Shown here one piece after another: positions 26,181-35,099 of a DNA stretch of 64,000 bases (the stretch's first letter is position 1; each line of letters opens with the position of its first letter). Source of the DNA: Candidatus Limnocylindria bacterium (lineage in GTDB: Bacteria > Chloroflexota > Limnocylindria > Limnocylindrales > CSP1-4); NCBI GenBank assembly GCA_046566045.1, contig JBKHXL010000003.1, positions 19,740-83,739 of the forward strand. Reading direction: 5' to 3'. The position numbers and the translations under genes were made by a program. The notes under the pieces are model-generated. The model did no database searches and was not told where the DNA came from. It saw nothing but the letters and a program-made list of their open reading frames with translations.

Positions 26181-26270
26181 CGGCGGCGCGAGGGGGTGCC
26201 GGGCCCGGGGTGACCCGACGGGACCATCGGGTCAGCGGCGAGACCGCGGGTCCGCGGCTATCCTCCTTCG

Positions 26271-27248
26271 GTGACGCTCGAGATCGACCACATCACGAAG
26301 CGCTTCGCTCGCACGCTCGCGCTCGACGACCTGGCCTTCGAGGTGCCCCGCGGCCGGATCTTCGGCTTCCTCGGGGCGAACGGGGCGGGCAAGACGACGA
26401 CGATGCGCATCTGCCTCGGCATCCTCGAGGCGGACGAGGGCTCCGTGCGCTGGGATGGCCGCCCGTCGGCCGAGCTGCCGCGCCGTATGTGGGGCTACCT
26501 GCCCGAGGAGCGCGGCCTGTACCCCCGGATGCCCGTCGTCGAGCAGCTCGTGTACTTCGCGTCGCTGTACGGCGTCGCGCCCGCCGCGGCGCGTCGCGAC
26601 GCGCTGGGCTGGCTCGAGCGCTTCCGCATCCCGGACTACGCGGGCCGGCGGGCGGGGGAGCTGTCCAAGGGCAATCAGCAGAAGGTGCAGTTCATCGCGG
26701 CGGTCCTGCACGAGCCCGATGTCCTGCTCATGGACGAGCCCTTCACCGGACTCGACCCGGTCAACCTCGCCCTCCTGCGCGAGGCGCTCGTCGAGCTGCG
26801 TGACGCGGGCCGGACGATCGTCTTCTCGACCCACCAGATGGAGGCGGCCGAGGCCCTGTGCGAGGCCGTCGCCATCGTCGACCATGGCCGGCTGGTGGCG
26901 TCCGGCACGCTTGGCGACCTCAAGCGCGCGTCGCGCGCCCGGACCGTCCGTCTCGGCGTCGAGGGCGAGACCCTGCCGGCGTGGCTGACCGGGCTGCCCG
27001 GCGTCGTGCTGGCCCGTCCCGGCGCCGGCTACGCCGAACTCGAGCTGGCGGCCGGCGTGGAGCCGACCGCCATCCTGGCCGCCGCCGTGGGGCGCGGCGC
27101 CCGGGTCAATCGCTTCGAGGTCGCGGAGCCGTCGCTCGAGGCGATCTTCATCGAGAAGGTCGGTCGCCCGGCCGATGCCGAGGACGACGCCGCGGCGGCC
27201 GATCGCGGTCGCCAGGGCGACCTGTCCGTCATCGAGGGGGCGGCCTGA
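26271..27248 (+). CDS. ABC transporter ATP-binding protein (ABC-2 / NatA-like)
   Basis: GANGAGKTTT, LSKGNQQKV and LLMDEPFTGLD. TATCCT lies 6 nt upstream of the GTG, which suggests a leaderless transcript. Confidence 0.9.
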   Translation: MTLEIDHITKRFARTLALDDLAFEVPRGRIFGFLGANGAGKTTTMRICLGILEADEGSVRWDGRPSAELPRRMWGYLPEERGLYPRMPVVEQLVYFASLYGVAPAAARRDALGWLERFRIPDYAGRRAGELSKGNQQKVQFIAAVLHEPDVLLMDEPFTGLDPVNLALLREALVELRDAGRTIVFSTHQMEAAEALCEAVAIVDHGRLVASGTLGDLKRASRARTVRLGVEGETLPAWLTGLPGVVLARPGAGYAELELAAGVEPTAILAAAVGRGARVNRFEVAEPSLEAIFIEKVGRPADAEDDAAAADRGRQGDLSVIEGAA

Positions 27249-27250
27249 CC

Positions 27251-28573
27251 ATGGCCCGCCACGATCCGCTCCTGCCCAACGCCCTGATCGTCGCCCGGCG
27301 CGAGTACCGCGATCGCACCCGCAGTCCGTTGTTCATCGCCTCGACCGTGATCATGATGCTGCTCGCCATCGGCGTGTCCCTGACCCCGATCACGATGAGC
27401 TACCTCGACCAGGGGCGGCAGACGAGGGTCACCGTCGTCGCCGCCGACGCCGACCTCCAGGCGCGGGCCGTGGGCGTGCTGGACAGCGTGCTCAACGCGC
27501 CACCGACCGACGCCCCGGCGAGCTGGCAGCCGCCGTTCGTCATCGAGGGCGCACCCGCCGACGCCGCCGCCGCGTGGCTGGAGGATGGAGCCGTGGACGG
27601 CATCCTCTTCGTCGAGCGCCTGGCCAGCGGCCAGATCGCGGCGGTCTACCGGACGCGCGGTGTCCTCGACGCGGAGCGGACCCAGCTGGTGAGCATCGCG
27701 GCGTTCGGCCTGGGCGTCCTCGACTGGAGCGCGCGCCTGCCGCCCGGGGCGTTCGCCGATCCGTTCCAGACGCCACGCTTCGACATCGAGTCGGTGAGCG
27801 CTCCGACCGACGGCGCCGGCGCGCCGATCGACGCCCGCGAGCTGGCCAGCCGCACGTTCCTCGGGACGGTGTTCATCGTGCTCATGTTCATCTCCATCCT
27901 CATCTACGGGATGTGGGTCGCGACGGGCGTGGCGACCGAGAAGAGCAGCCGCGTGATGGAGCTCATGATCAGCGCGGCGTCCCCGCGCCAGCTGGTCCTG
28001 GGCAAGGTCGCCGGCATCGGCGGGGCGGGCCTGACCCAGTACGCCGCGGTCGCGGCTCCGGCGCTCGTCGTGCTGGCGCTGCAGGACCGCCTGGCCGGCC
28101 TGATCCTGGGACCCGGCGGGGCCGGCGCGGTCCCGACCGGCGCCCTGACCCCCGGCCTGCTGCTCGCCTACGGCGTCTTCTTCGTGCTCGGATTCGCCCT
28201 GTTCGCGTTCGTCTACGCGGCGGTCGGGTCGTACGTCAGCCGGCCGGACGACCTCCAGACCCTGTCGCTCCCGCTCAGCCTCATCGCCATGGCGGGCTAC
28301 CTGACCGCGCTGCCGATCCTGCTCAGCGGCGGCGGCGGGCAGCTGTCGCGCCTGGCGTCGATCATCCCGCCGTTCAGCCCGTTCGCGATGCTCGCCCGGG
28401 TGATGACGGGTTCGGTGCCCCTGGGGGAGCTCGTCCTGTCGCTCGCGCTCATGGTCGTGGTCGTGCTGATCGTCGCCGTGGCGGCCATCCGCATCTATGC
28501 AGCCGGCGTCCTGCTGTACGGCCAGCGACCGTCCCTGCGCGTGTTCCTGGCTGCGGCTCGTCGGGCGGGCTGA
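27251..28573 (+). CDS. ABC-2 family permease (NatB-like)
   Basis: N-terminal TM helix, a large extracytoplasmic loop, then five or six C-terminal TM helices. ATG is 3 nt after the ATPase stop. Confidence 0.8.
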   Translation: MARHDPLLPNALIVARREYRDRTRSPLFIASTVIMMLLAIGVSLTPITMSYLDQGRQTRVTVVAADADLQARAVGVLDSVLNAPPTDAPASWQPPFVIEGAPADAAAAWLEDGAVDGILFVERLASGQIAAVYRTRGVLDAERTQLVSIAAFGLGVLDWSARLPPGAFADPFQTPRFDIESVSAPTDGAGAPIDARELASRTFLGTVFIVLMFISILIYGMWVATGVATEKSSRVMELMISAASPRQLVLGKVAGIGGAGLTQYAAVAAPALVVLALQDRLAGLILGPGGAGAVPTGALTPGLLLAYGVFFVLGFALFAFVYAAVGSYVSRPDDLQTLSLPLSLIAMAGYLTALPILLSGGGGQLSRLASIIPPFSPFAMLARVMTGSVPLGELVLSLALMVVVVLIVAVAAIRIYAAGVLLYGQRPSLRVFLAAARRAG

Positions 28574-28585
28574 CCGCGAGCCCGC

Positions 28586-29341
28586 TCAGGACCCGAGGTC
28601 GAGCGGCAGGCGGCTGAGCAGCGCGAGGACCGGCGCGGTCGCCCCGGTCCCGCTGGCGGGTCCGGCCGGCGCGGCCGCGAGGTCGGCCGCCGCGACGTCC
28701 CCGGCGCGCGCCGGGATGAACCGCCACAGCCGCGAGCGGACGCCCGGCAGGTAGGGTCCCCGGCGCTGTCGCGCCATCATCCCGGCCAGGCCCTGCGCGA
28801 CGATGGCCTCGAACAGGGCCATCCCCTCGGTGGCGATGGCGGGCACGGCCACGACCTCGTCGGCGGGCCGCAGGATGCGCCGCAGGGCCTCCCGGCGGCG
28901 GACGAGGGGCTGCCCGAGCAGCGAACGCCCGTCGAGGTCGAGCAGGTCGAAGGCGAGGAAGGCCACGGGACGCCCGGGCTTGCCGGCCAGGCGGTCGCGC
29001 AGGGCGTCGGCGTCGGCGCGGCCCTCGGCGTCCACGACCACGATCTCACCGTCGAAGAGCGCGGAGCGGGCCGCCACGCGGACGCCGGTCCCCGCCAGCT
29101 CGCGCAGCGCCGCCGTGCGATCGTGGCCGTCGGCGTCGATGACCCGGACGTCGCCGCTCCCCGGCGTCTCGCCCGGCCCGACCGCGAGCAGGGCGCGTTC
29201 GCCGCCCCACCACGGCTCGAACAGGTGATCGACCGAATCGAACGGCTCCGGCAGCGGATAGGCCAGCATCGGGCGCAGCGCCGGCAGCGTCGGAAGATGG
29301 TCCGCCGCCGGATCGTGGGGGAGGGCGAGCTGATCGGCCAT
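28586..29341 (-). CDS. ATP-dependent DNA ligase-like nucleotidyltransferase domain lacking the catalytic lysine
   Basis: LigC/LigD-type motifs III and IIIa are retained (LFDGEIVV, FLAFDLLDLDGRSLLGQPL..RR). Motif I reads FEPWWGGER instead of ExKxDGxR. Motifs IV and V have no Lys. The whole protein has one Lys. There is no OB domain. Confidence 0.75.
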   Translation of the reverse strand: MADQLALPHDPAADHLPTLPALRPMLAYPLPEPFDSVDHLFEPWWGGERALLAVGPGETPGSGDVRVIDADGHDRTAALRELAGTGVRVAARSALFDGEIVVVDAEGRADADALRDRLAGKPGRPVAFLAFDLLDLDGRSLLGQPLVRRREALRRILRPADEVVAVPAIATEGMALFEAIVAQGLAGMMARQRRGPYLPGVRSRLWRFIPARAGDVAAADLAAAPAGPASGTGATAPVLALLSRLPLDLGS

Positions 29342-29418
29342 GGCACGCTCGATGGTACGCCGCCGGGTGGTGGTGCCCCACCGGCCGGCTCGCGGGCCCG
29401 GTGTATCCTCACCGTCCG

Positions 29419-30411
29419 ATGACCGCCACCAAGCGCCCGGACAGCCTCGCCCGCGAGCGTGCCGACCAGCTCGTGCGCGCCTGGGACGGTCGCTCGCGCG
29501 CGGTCGGCGATCCGCTCGGCAGCCTGCTCGGACGGGTCTCGACGGTCGACCAGGTCGGGGTCGAGGAGCGCGTCGATTCGCTCAAGCGGCGGTCGATCAA
29601 GAAGGCGTCCAAGATGTGGGCGCTCGACCTCGCCATCCGGATGATGGACCTGACCACGCTGGAGGGGAAGGACACGCCGGGCAAGGTCCGCGCGTTGTGC
29701 GTCAAGGGGATGCGGCCCAGGCCGGGCGATCCGACCATCCCGTCGGTGGCGGCGATCTGCGTCTACCCGGCCATGGTGGCCGAGGCGAAGGAGGCCCTGG
29801 CGGGGAGCGGCGTGAAGGTCGCCAGCGTCGCGACCGGGTTCCCGAGCGGCCAGACGTTCCGCGACATCAAGCTGGCCGAGACGCGCGCGGCGGTCGACGC
29901 CGGGGCGGACGAGATCGACATGGTCATCGACCGCGGTGCGTTCCTGTCGGGCGACTACGCGACGGTGTTCGAGGAGATCGTCGACGTCAAGGAGGCCTGT
30001 GGCGAGGCGCATCTCAAGGTCATCCTGGAGACCGGCGAGCTGGGTACCTACGACAACGTCCGGCGTGCTTCGATCCTGGCCATGGCCGCGGGTGCCGACT
30101 TCATCAAGACCTCGACCGGCAAGGTGGTCCCGGCCGCGACCCTGCCGGTCACGCTCGTGATGCTGGAGGCGATCCGCGACTTCGAGCGCGCCACGGGACG
30201 CCAGGTCGGCATGAAGCCTGCCGGCGGGATCCGCACGGCCAAGGAGGCGATCCAGTACCTGGTCGTGCTGTACGAGACGCTCGGCCCGCGCTGGATGACG
30301 CCCGACTGGTTCCGCTTCGGGGCGAGTTCGCTGCTCAACGACGTGCTCATGCAGATCGAGTTCCAGCGGACGGGCCGCTACCAGGACCCGGACCACTTCA
30401 CGCTCGACTGA
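29419..30411 (+). CDS. deoC: deoxyribose-phosphate aldolase (long actinobacterial-type)
   Basis: DLTTLEG, VATGFPSGQ, DMVIDRG and FIKTSTGK (Schiff-base Lys context). The ATG at 29419 sits 9 nt after TATCCT (29404-29409). An alternative GTG lies at 29401. Confidence 0.9.
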   Translation: MTATKRPDSLARERADQLVRAWDGRSRAVGDPLGSLLGRVSTVDQVGVEERVDSLKRRSIKKASKMWALDLAIRMMDLTTLEGKDTPGKVRALCVKGMRPRPGDPTIPSVAAICVYPAMVAEAKEALAGSGVKVASVATGFPSGQTFRDIKLAETRAAVDAGADEIDMVIDRGAFLSGDYATVFEEIVDVKEACGEAHLKVILETGELGTYDNVRRASILAMAAGADFIKTSTGKVVPAATLPVTLVMLEAIRDFERATGRQVGMKPAGGIRTAKEAIQYLVVLYETLGPRWMTPDWFRFGASSLLNDVLMQIEFQRTGRYQDPDHFTLD

Positions 30412-30453
30412 GGGGCGCCCCGCGGTCGCGTGGATCGCCACCAGACCCTCACA

Positions 30454-30483
30454 TTCACGTCAACGTCAAGGTTGGCGTATGAT
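30454..30483 (+). promoter_or_regulatory. candidate promoter of merR-MFS (leaderless)
   Basis: TTCACG (30454-30459), 18 nt containing the direct repeat ACGTCA-ACGTCA, TATGAT (30478-30483), then 6 nt to the GTG at 30490. Confidence 0.4.
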
Positions 30484-30489
30484 GGCCGG

Positions 30490-31014
30490 GTGAAGGAACC
30501 CCCCGCCGGTGCGCCGACCGCGCCCGATGAACCGTCCAGCCCCGCCCCCGAGCGTCTCCTGCGCATCCAGGAGGTCGCCACCGAGACCGGCCTGACGACC
30601 CGCGCCATCCGCTACTACGAGGAGATCGGGCTGCTCGAGCCGGCGGCCCGATCCGACGGCTCGTACCGCCTCTACGACGCTTCGGACCTCGAGCGCCTGC
30701 GCTTCATCCGGAGCCTGCGCGATGACGCCGGCTTCAGCCTGGCCCAGGTCGGCCAGCTGCTGGTGGACGAGGCGGCCCGGGAGCGGAACCGCGCGCGCTT
30801 CGCGGAGGCGCGCGATCCGGCCGAGCGCCGTGCGCTGGTCGAGGAGGCGCGCGACCGGGTGACCCGCCAGATCGAGCTCCTGCGCGACAAGCGCGATCGG
30901 CTCGACGCGATGCTGGCGGAGGCCGATGCGCGTCGGGTCCACCTGGAGGCCCACCTCGCCGAGCTCGACGGCGGCCCGGACCCGCACCCCGAGCGGGTGA
31001 CGGCGCGCCCGTGA
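30490..31014 (+). CDS. MerR family transcriptional regulator
   Basis: LLRIQEVATETGLTTRAIRYYEEIGLL HTH followed by a coiled-coil dimerisation helix. The start is either GTG 30490 or ORF-track 30430. Confidence 0.85.
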   Translation: MKEPPAGAPTAPDEPSSPAPERLLRIQEVATETGLTTRAIRYYEEIGLLEPAARSDGSYRLYDASDLERLRFIRSLRDDAGFSLAQVGQLLVDEAARERNRARFAEARDPAERRALVEEARDRVTRQIELLRDKRDRLDAMLAEADARRVHLEAHLAELDGGPDPHPERVTARP

Positions 31015-32402
31015 CGCCGCCAAGGGTGGCCGTCCGGCGCAGCGTGCACGCGTTCGGCCATCGCAACTACCGCCTGTTCTTCGCCGGCCAGGCCGTGTCC
31101 CTCGTCGGGACGTGGATGCAGCAGGTGGCCCAGGGCTGGCTCGTCCTGCAGGTCAGCGGCGGCGACCCGCTCTGGCTCGGCATCGTGGCCGCCGCGCAGT
31201 TCGCGCCGGTGATGGTCCTCGGGCTGTTCGCCGGGGTCCTCGCGGACGTCCTGCCCAAGCGCCAGACGCTGCTCGCCGTGCAGGTCGTGATGATGGCCCT
31301 GGCCGCCATCCTCGCCGTCGTCACCGCGACCGGGGTGGTGACCGTGTGGATGATCGTCGTGCTGGCCGTGCTGCTCGGCATCGCCAATGCCGTGGACATG
31401 CCCGTCCGCCAGGCGTTCGCCATCGAGATGGTCGGGCCGCGCGATGTCGGCAACGCCGTGGCGATCGGCTCGGCGATGTTCAACGGGGCCCGTGTCGTGG
31501 GACCGGCGGTCGCCGGGCTGACCATCGGCGTGTTCGGGATCGCCATCGCCTTCGCCATCAACGCCGTGAGCTTCCTGGCCGTCATCGCCGGACTGCTGCT
31601 GATGCGCGACGAGGAGCTGCACCGCGCCCGGCTGCTGCCGCGACCGCGCTCGGCGCGCGACGTGGTCGACAACCTCGCCGAGGGCCTCGGCTTCGTACGG
31701 CGGACGCCGACCGTGCTGATGCCGGTGGTCGTCGTCGGGCTGGTGGCGACGTTCGGCATGAACTTCACGGTCATCATCCCGCCCCTGGCGGCCGACGTCC
31801 TGGGGAGCGATGCCACCGGGTACGGCTTCCTCATGACGGCGTCGGGTGTGGGAGCGCTCGGCGCGGCGGTGGGGCTGGTGGTGGCCGGCGTCCCGCGACC
31901 GCGCCGCATCGCGATCGGGGCGAGCGCGCTCGGCGTGGCGTCGCTCGCCCTGGCCGGATCGACCACCTTCGCCGTCTCGTTGGTGCTGATGGTCCTGGTC
32001 GGCGCGGGTGGCATCGCGATGGCCGCCACGGCCAATGCGACCATCCAGCTGCACGTTCCGGACGGCCTGCGCGGCCGGGTCATGTCGGTCTACACGACGG
32101 TGTTCGCCGCGTCGATCCCGATCGGGGGCCTGGCCACCGGCGCGCTGGCATCCGTGGTCGGGGTGCTGCCGACGATCGCGGTCGGCGGGGCGTTGTCGCT
32201 GGCGACCGGGGTCGGGGCGTTCGTCTGGTGGCGCCGGATCGAGGCGAGCGCCGGTCAGTCGTCCTCGGGCCAGGCCAGCATCGTCCTGGACAGCTCGCCG
32301 AGTCGGAGCCTCGCCGCCTCGTCGTTCGTGAACCAGCCGGCCGCGTCGGTGGACCCGTCGGTCTCGTCGCGCAGCGCGCCGCCCACGATGCGCACCCGGT
32401 AG
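31011..32402 (+). CDS. MFS transporter (EntS/MFS_3-like efflux)
   Basis: NYRLFFAGQAVSLVGTWMQ and about 12 TM helices. GTGA overlap with the merR stop. Confidence 0.85.
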   Translation: MTPPRVAVRRSVHAFGHRNYRLFFAGQAVSLVGTWMQQVAQGWLVLQVSGGDPLWLGIVAAAQFAPVMVLGLFAGVLADVLPKRQTLLAVQVVMMALAAILAVVTATGVVTVWMIVVLAVLLGIANAVDMPVRQAFAIEMVGPRDVGNAVAIGSAMFNGARVVGPAVAGLTIGVFGIAIAFAINAVSFLAVIAGLLLMRDEELHRARLLPRPRSARDVVDNLAEGLGFVRRTPTVLMPVVVVGLVATFGMNFTVIIPPLAADVLGSDATGYGFLMTASGVGALGAAVGLVVAGVPRPRRIAIGASALGVASLALAGSTTFAVSLVLMVLVGAGGIAMAATANATIQLHVPDGLRGRVMSVYTTVFAASIPIGGLATGALASVVGVLPTIAVGGALSLATGVGAFVWWRRIEASAGQSSSGQASIVLDSSPSRSLAASSFVNQPAASVDPSVSSRSAPPTMRTR

Positions 32403-32794
32403 ACGATCCGGATGGCGTGCAGGGGCTCGGCCTGGCCGCTCTCGAACAGGCGGTCGGTGACGTCGAGCAGCCGCACGATCTCCCCGTGCAGCCCGGTCTC
32501 CTCTGCCAGCTCACGCAGCGCGGCGGCCGCCGGTGCCTCGCCGAACTCGATGCCGCCGCCGGGCAGCGTCCACACGTCGCCGACCCCCACCGAGGGGGCG
32601 ATGTGGCAGAGCAGGATGCGGCCCGCGTCGTCGCGACACAGGGCATAGGCGGCGATCCGGGTACGGCCGTTCGATCCCACGGCGGCATCCTCGCACGGCG
32701 GCACCACCGTCGGTGTGCCCGATCCGCGCCGCCGGGTGGCCCGACCGGGCGCCTCCGCCCGAGGGTATCCTTCCGGCCAGGGCACCGCCACCAC
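32255..32794 (-). CDS. NUDIX hydrolase
   Basis: Nudix box GGGIEFGEAPAAAALRELAEETGL. The start is uncertain (possibly an internal GTG). Confidence 0.8.
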   Translation of the reverse strand: MVAVPWPEGYPRAEAPGRATRRRGSGTPTVVPPCEDAAVGSNGRTRIAAYALCRDDAGRILLCHIAPSVGVGDVWTLPGGGIEFGEAPAAAALRELAEETGLHGEIVRLLDVTDRLFESGQAEPLHAIRIVYRVRIVGGALRDETDGSTDAAGWFTNDEAARLRLGELSRTMLAWPEDD

Positions 32795-32844
32795 GGGCTC
32801 GCGGTGGGACAGCGGTGGGACAGGGCAGGATCCCGGGAGAACGC

Positions 32845-33762
32845 ATGATCGTGGTCGCCGGCGAGAGCCTGGTGGACCTGCTGGTCGAACCGACCATGCG
32901 CGTCGTCGCCGCCCCGGGAGGAGGTCCGTTCAACACGGCCCGGACCATCGCCCGGCTGGGCGGCGATGTGGCCCTCCTGTCGCGCCTCTCGTCCGATCGT
33001 TTCGGGACGGAGGCTCGGCGGCGGCTCGTCGAGGACGGCGTCCGGGTCGATCTCGTCGAGGCCACGGATGACCCGACCACGCTGGCGGTCGCCGAGCTCG
33101 ACGATGCCGGCCACGCCACGTACCGCTTCTACGTGGACGGCACGGCCGCGCCCGGTCTGTCCGGGGGGGCCGTGGCAGGCGCCCTGGCCGTACGTCCGCT
33201 CGCGGTCCACGTCGGCACGCTCGGGCTGGTGCTGGAGCCGATGGCCAGCGCGCTCGACGGCCTGGTCGCGGGTCTGGACCCGTCGACGCTGCTGATGATC
33301 GACGTCAATGCGCGCCCGACGGCCACGCCCGATCCGTCGGCCTACCGCGACCGGGTCACCCGGATCCTCGCGCGGGCCGACGTGGCGAAGGCGAGCGTCG
33401 ACGACCTGGCCTTCCTGTACCCGGGCCTCGACGCCGACGAGGCCCTTGCCCGTATCGCCGGCGCGGGGCCGAGCGCCGTGCTCCTGACCGATGGCGGGGG
33501 ACCGGTCGTGCTCGCGCTGGGAGCGGCGAGGGTCGACCTGCCGTCGCCGCGCGTGGAGGTCGTCGACACGGTCGGGGCCGGGGACGCGTTCGGCGGCGGC
33601 GTCCTGCACGCCTGGCTGCACGATGGCGGCACGCGCGATGGGCTGCGCGACATCGACGCCGTCGCTCGCGCGGTCGAGTACGGGATCCTGGTCGCGGGCA
33701 TCACCGTCGGGCGAGCCGGCGCCGATCCGCCGACCGCCGCCGAGGTGGGTCCGCGTCGATGA
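32845..33762 (+). CDS. PfkB-family carbohydrate kinase (fructokinase-like)
   Basis: GGGPFNTA N-terminal motif and DTVGAGDAFGGG C-terminal motif. ATG at 32845. Confidence 0.85.
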   Translation: MIVVAGESLVDLLVEPTMRVVAAPGGGPFNTARTIARLGGDVALLSRLSSDRFGTEARRRLVEDGVRVDLVEATDDPTTLAVAELDDAGHATYRFYVDGTAAPGLSGGAVAGALAVRPLAVHVGTLGLVLEPMASALDGLVAGLDPSTLLMIDVNARPTATPDPSAYRDRVTRILARADVAKASVDDLAFLYPGLDADEALARIAGAGPSAVLLTDGGGPVVLALGAARVDLPSPRVEVVDTVGAGDAFGGGVLHAWLHDGGTRDGLRDIDAVARAVEYGILVAGITVGRAGADPPTAAEVGPRR

Positions 33763-34739
33763 CCGTCGATGCGGGCCCCGGCCGCCCCGCCATGGCGGCC
33801 GCCGTCCTGGCCGTCATCCTGTCGCTCGTCGGAGCGGGCCTCGCCCTCGGGGCCACCGTCCCGTCGGCCTTCCCGCACCAGAGCGTCGGCAACCGGGGCG
33901 TCGACGTGAAGGCGATCCAGGGCTTCCTGCGCCACCACGGGGTCCTGGCCGATCCGGTCGACGGCATCTTCGGAGCCTCGACGGAGGCGGCGGTCAAGGC
34001 CTTCCAGTCCGCCCGCGGCCTGCCGGCGGACGGCCGGGTCGGCGAGACGACGTGGACCGCGCTGCTCGTCCGGGTGGACCGCTCGGTCAGCGGTGAGGCG
34101 GTCCGCGCCCTGCAGCGCCAGCTCAACGAGAAGCGCCTGGCCGGGCTGGCGGTGGATGGACGGTTCAACGGCGCGACGGAGAGCGCACTGAGGTCGTTCC
34201 AGCGCCACGCCGGGATCTCGCAGACCGGCATCGCCGGGCCCGTGACCTGGAGGGCCCTGATCCGCCACCTCGAGCGGCCGGCGTTCGGCGGCAAGCTGTG
34301 CGACTACCAGGTCGGCAACGGCCTGGCGGACTGGGGCACGGGCGCCGCCCAGGGCCAACTGGAGGCCGCCGCGTATCGGGTCGTCGCTCTCGGGCACGGC
34401 CGGGTCGCCGTCGGCGACATCAGCCACGAGCACGGCGGCGACATCCGTGGCCACGTCAGCCACGAGGTCGGACTGGACGTGGATGTCCGTCCGATGCGGA
34501 CGGATCGAGCGCAGTGCCGCTGGGGCGTGAGCTACCGCTGGTCCACGTACGATCGGGCCGCGACGCGCGACCTGGTCAAGGCCATCCGGGCGACGGCGCC
34601 GGGGCACATCAAGCTCATCTACTTCAACGACCCGGTGCTCATCCGTGAGGGCCTCGTCCGCTGGTACGCCGGCCACGACGACCACCTGCACATCCGCTAC
34701 TGCGAGCGCGTGCACGCGATGGCGGCCTATGACTGCTGA
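33759..34739 (+). CDS. secreted peptidoglycan-binding LAS metallopeptidase (MepA-like)
   Basis: Signal/TM helix, three PG_binding_1-type repeats (G..T..A.K.FQ...GL..DG), and SHEVGLDVDV plus GHDDHLHIRY zinc motifs. ATGA overlap with the kinase gene. Confidence 0.75.
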   Translation: MTVDAGPGRPAMAAAVLAVILSLVGAGLALGATVPSAFPHQSVGNRGVDVKAIQGFLRHHGVLADPVDGIFGASTEAAVKAFQSARGLPADGRVGETTWTALLVRVDRSVSGEAVRALQRQLNEKRLAGLAVDGRFNGATESALRSFQRHAGISQTGIAGPVTWRALIRHLERPAFGGKLCDYQVGNGLADWGTGAAQGQLEAAAYRVVALGHGRVAVGDISHEHGGDIRGHVSHEVGLDVDVRPMRTDRAQCRWGVSYRWSTYDRAATRDLVKAIRATAPGHIKLIYFNDPVLIREGLVRWYAGHDDHLHIRYCERVHAMAAYDC

Positions 34740-34741
34740 CG

Positions 34742-35075
34742 CTCGTCGCTCGGCATCCCGGCGGGAGGGGCTGGCCGCGCGGGTCGCCCCCTTCGCGCTC
34801 ATCGGTGTGGCGGCTGGCGCTCCGACCGGGCGACACGCTGGCACGCTACGGCGGCGAGGAGTTCCTCGCAGTGCTCCCGGCGTGCGACCCTGGTACGGCC
34901 GTCGTCGCCGCCGACCGGCTGCGCGAGGCGGTGCGCTCGGTCGGCGCCACCGCCTCCGCGGGGACGGCCACATGGGACGGCGTGGAATCCGCCGCGCCCT
35001 GATCGAGCGGGCCGACGCGGCGCTGTACCGGGCCAAGGCCGGGGGCCGGGACCGCACCGTGGCCGGTGCCATCGG
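34742..35075 (+). pseudogene. remnant of a GGDEF diguanylate cyclase
   Basis: PFALI (frame 1), RPGDTLARYGGEEFLAVLP (frame 2) and ALIERADAALYRAKAGGRDRTV (frame 1) lie in order. No N-terminal half is present, and the segment between PFALI and the GGEEF strand is too short. Confidence 0.6.
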
Positions 35076-35099
35076 GTCGGCGGGGCCATAATGGCCCCC

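Noticed and set aside
26181-26270. tRNA or small-RNA genes in the larger intergenic gaps (26181-26270, 41973-42096, 58117-58178, 63026-63127).
   Set aside because: None contains a T-arm GTTCGAATC-like box or a cloverleaf-compatible 70-90 nt segment. The short hairpins at 26209-26230 and 42062-76 look like weak terminators and nothing more.
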